From an uncultured delta proteobacterium (GTDB lineage: Bacteria > Desulfobacterota > Binatia > Binatales > Binataceae): a DNA stretch of 64,000 nt. Position numbers and translations under genes: made by a program. Below, piece by piece: positions 63,001 through 64,000 of this stretch (the stretch's first letter is position 1; the number at the start of each line of letters is the position of its first letter). The DNA is taken from contig CAVQEQ010000004.1 of the NCBI GenBank assembly GCA_963711565.1, positions 608,001 through 672,000 of the forward strand, written 5' to 3'. The notes beneath the pieces are model-generated. The model made no database searches. It had not been told where the DNA came from and saw only the letters and a program-made list of their open reading frames with translations.

Positions 63001-64000
63001 ATGGGACTGACTGACAGGCTGTCGAATGCCACCAAGGGCGGACGCCCCCCTGATAGCGCCAGCGCCGGCGGCTCGCTTATCGGCGCGACCGTGCGCCGGC
63101 GCAAGGACGCGATCGCCGATAGCTCGCGGCGCCTGAAGGTCAAGGTTCACAACAAGCTGTTCGAGACTATCGATGTCTCCAAGCTCGAGACCTTCGAGCC
63201 CGCGATGGTTTCCAGCAAGGTTACCGCGGCGATCAACGACATTCTTAATGAAGACGGCCGCCTGCTGACCGACGCCGACCGCGGCCGGCTGGTCGAGGAA
63301 CTCAAGAACGAGCTGCTCGGCCTGGGCCCGCTCGAACCGCTGCTCCGTGACGACGAAATCACCGACATCCTCGTCAACGGCCACAACCAGGTTTACGTCG
63401 AAAAGCGCGGCAAGCTGCACGCAACCGACGTGGTCTTCCAGGACGACGCGCATTTGATGCTGATCATCGATCGCATCGTTTCCCGCGTCGGCCGGCGGGT
63501 TGACGAATCGTCGCCGATGGTCGATGCGCGATTGCCCGACGGCTCGCGTATCAACGCGATCATTCCGCCGCTCGCGCTCGACGGACCGGCGCTGTCAATA
63601 CGGCGTTTCGGCAAGCATCGCTTCGACATTGGGGCGCTGGTCGAGAGAGACGCTCTCACGTGGGATTTGGTCGAGTTTCTGCTCGCCGTGGTTCGCGCGC
63701 GACTGAACGTGATCGTCTGCGGCGGTACCGGCTCGGGCAAAACCACGATGCTCAATTGCCTGTCCGCGTTCGTGCCCGAAGACGAACGTATCGTTACCAT
63801 CGAGGATTCGGCCGAGCTGTCCTTGCAACAGCCTCACGTGGTGCGGCTCGAGACGCGGCCGTCCAATCTCGAGGGCCGCGGCGAAGTTACCCAGCGCGAC
63901 CTGGTCAAGAACTGCCTTCGTATGCGTCCCGACCGAATCGTCGTCGGCGAGGTCCGTGGCGCCGAAGTCTTCGACATGTTGCAGGCGATGTCCACCGGCC
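63001..64000 (+). CDS. cpaF: CpaF/TadA pilus assembly ATPase, truncated by the window end
   Basis: [62 protein letters not shown]. Confidence 0.95.
   Translation, partial: MGLTDRLSNATKGGRPPDSASAGGSLIGATVRRRKDAIADSSRRLKVKVHNKLFETIDVSKLETFEPAMVSSKVTAAINDILNEDGRLLTDADRGRLVEELKNELLGLGPLEPLLRDDEITDILVNGHNQVYVEKRGKLHATDVVFQDDAHLMLIIDRIVSRVGRRVDESSPMVDARLPDGSRINAIIPPLALDGPALSIRRFGKHRFDIGALVERDALTWDLVEFLLAVVRARLNVIVCGGTGSGKTTMLNCLSAFVPEDERIVTIEDSAELSLQQPHVVRLETRPSNLEGRGEVTQRDLVKNCLRMRPDRIVVGEVRGAEVFDMLQAMSTG

Overview
High-GC bacterial chromosomal window. The gene content (tandem DUF1329 genes, many sulfotransferases, Tad pilus, qcr-cta operon) suggests a Binatia/Desulfobacterota-like or acidobacterial soil organism; this is inference only. 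From left to right: (1) three tandem, mosaic DUF1329-type exported-protein genes, each with its own promoter, leader hairpin and terminator; (2) a short-chain CHR transporter pair with a CYTH-like gene, gabT, mntP under a yybP-ykoY Mn riboswitch, and a RelE-like TA pair; (3) a glycan locus with three sulfotransferases, three paralogous GT2s, a methyltransferase, UDP-sulfoquinovose synthase (no SQDG synthase in the window) and a receiver-less sigma54 activator, punctuated by REPIN-like elements; (4) tRNA-Lys(TTT) followed by an accessory block holding a complete lasso-peptide cluster (B2, B1/RRE, cyclase, precursor, HPr-like kinase, nucleotidyltransferase) interleaved with an antisense GT-C-like membrane protein and a secreted beta-helix protein; (5) an MFS gene, a hydrolase/HAD/disulfide-reductase operon, a PAS two-component cluster and an MqsRA-like TA pair; (6) pgi with a visibly recoded 3' end; (7) a caa3 oxidase plus Rieske/cyt b operon; (8) a sigma54-type Tad/Flp pilus locus with two pilins missed by the ORF track. 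Best candidate for an undescribed system: the lasso cluster, whose predicted core (SGGSHTPTDGAALKKPG) lacks the C-terminal Ser modified by characterised lasso kinases. Second candidate: the sulfoquinovose plus sulfotransferase glycan locus. All family assignments come from motif recognition by eye; no database searches were run.
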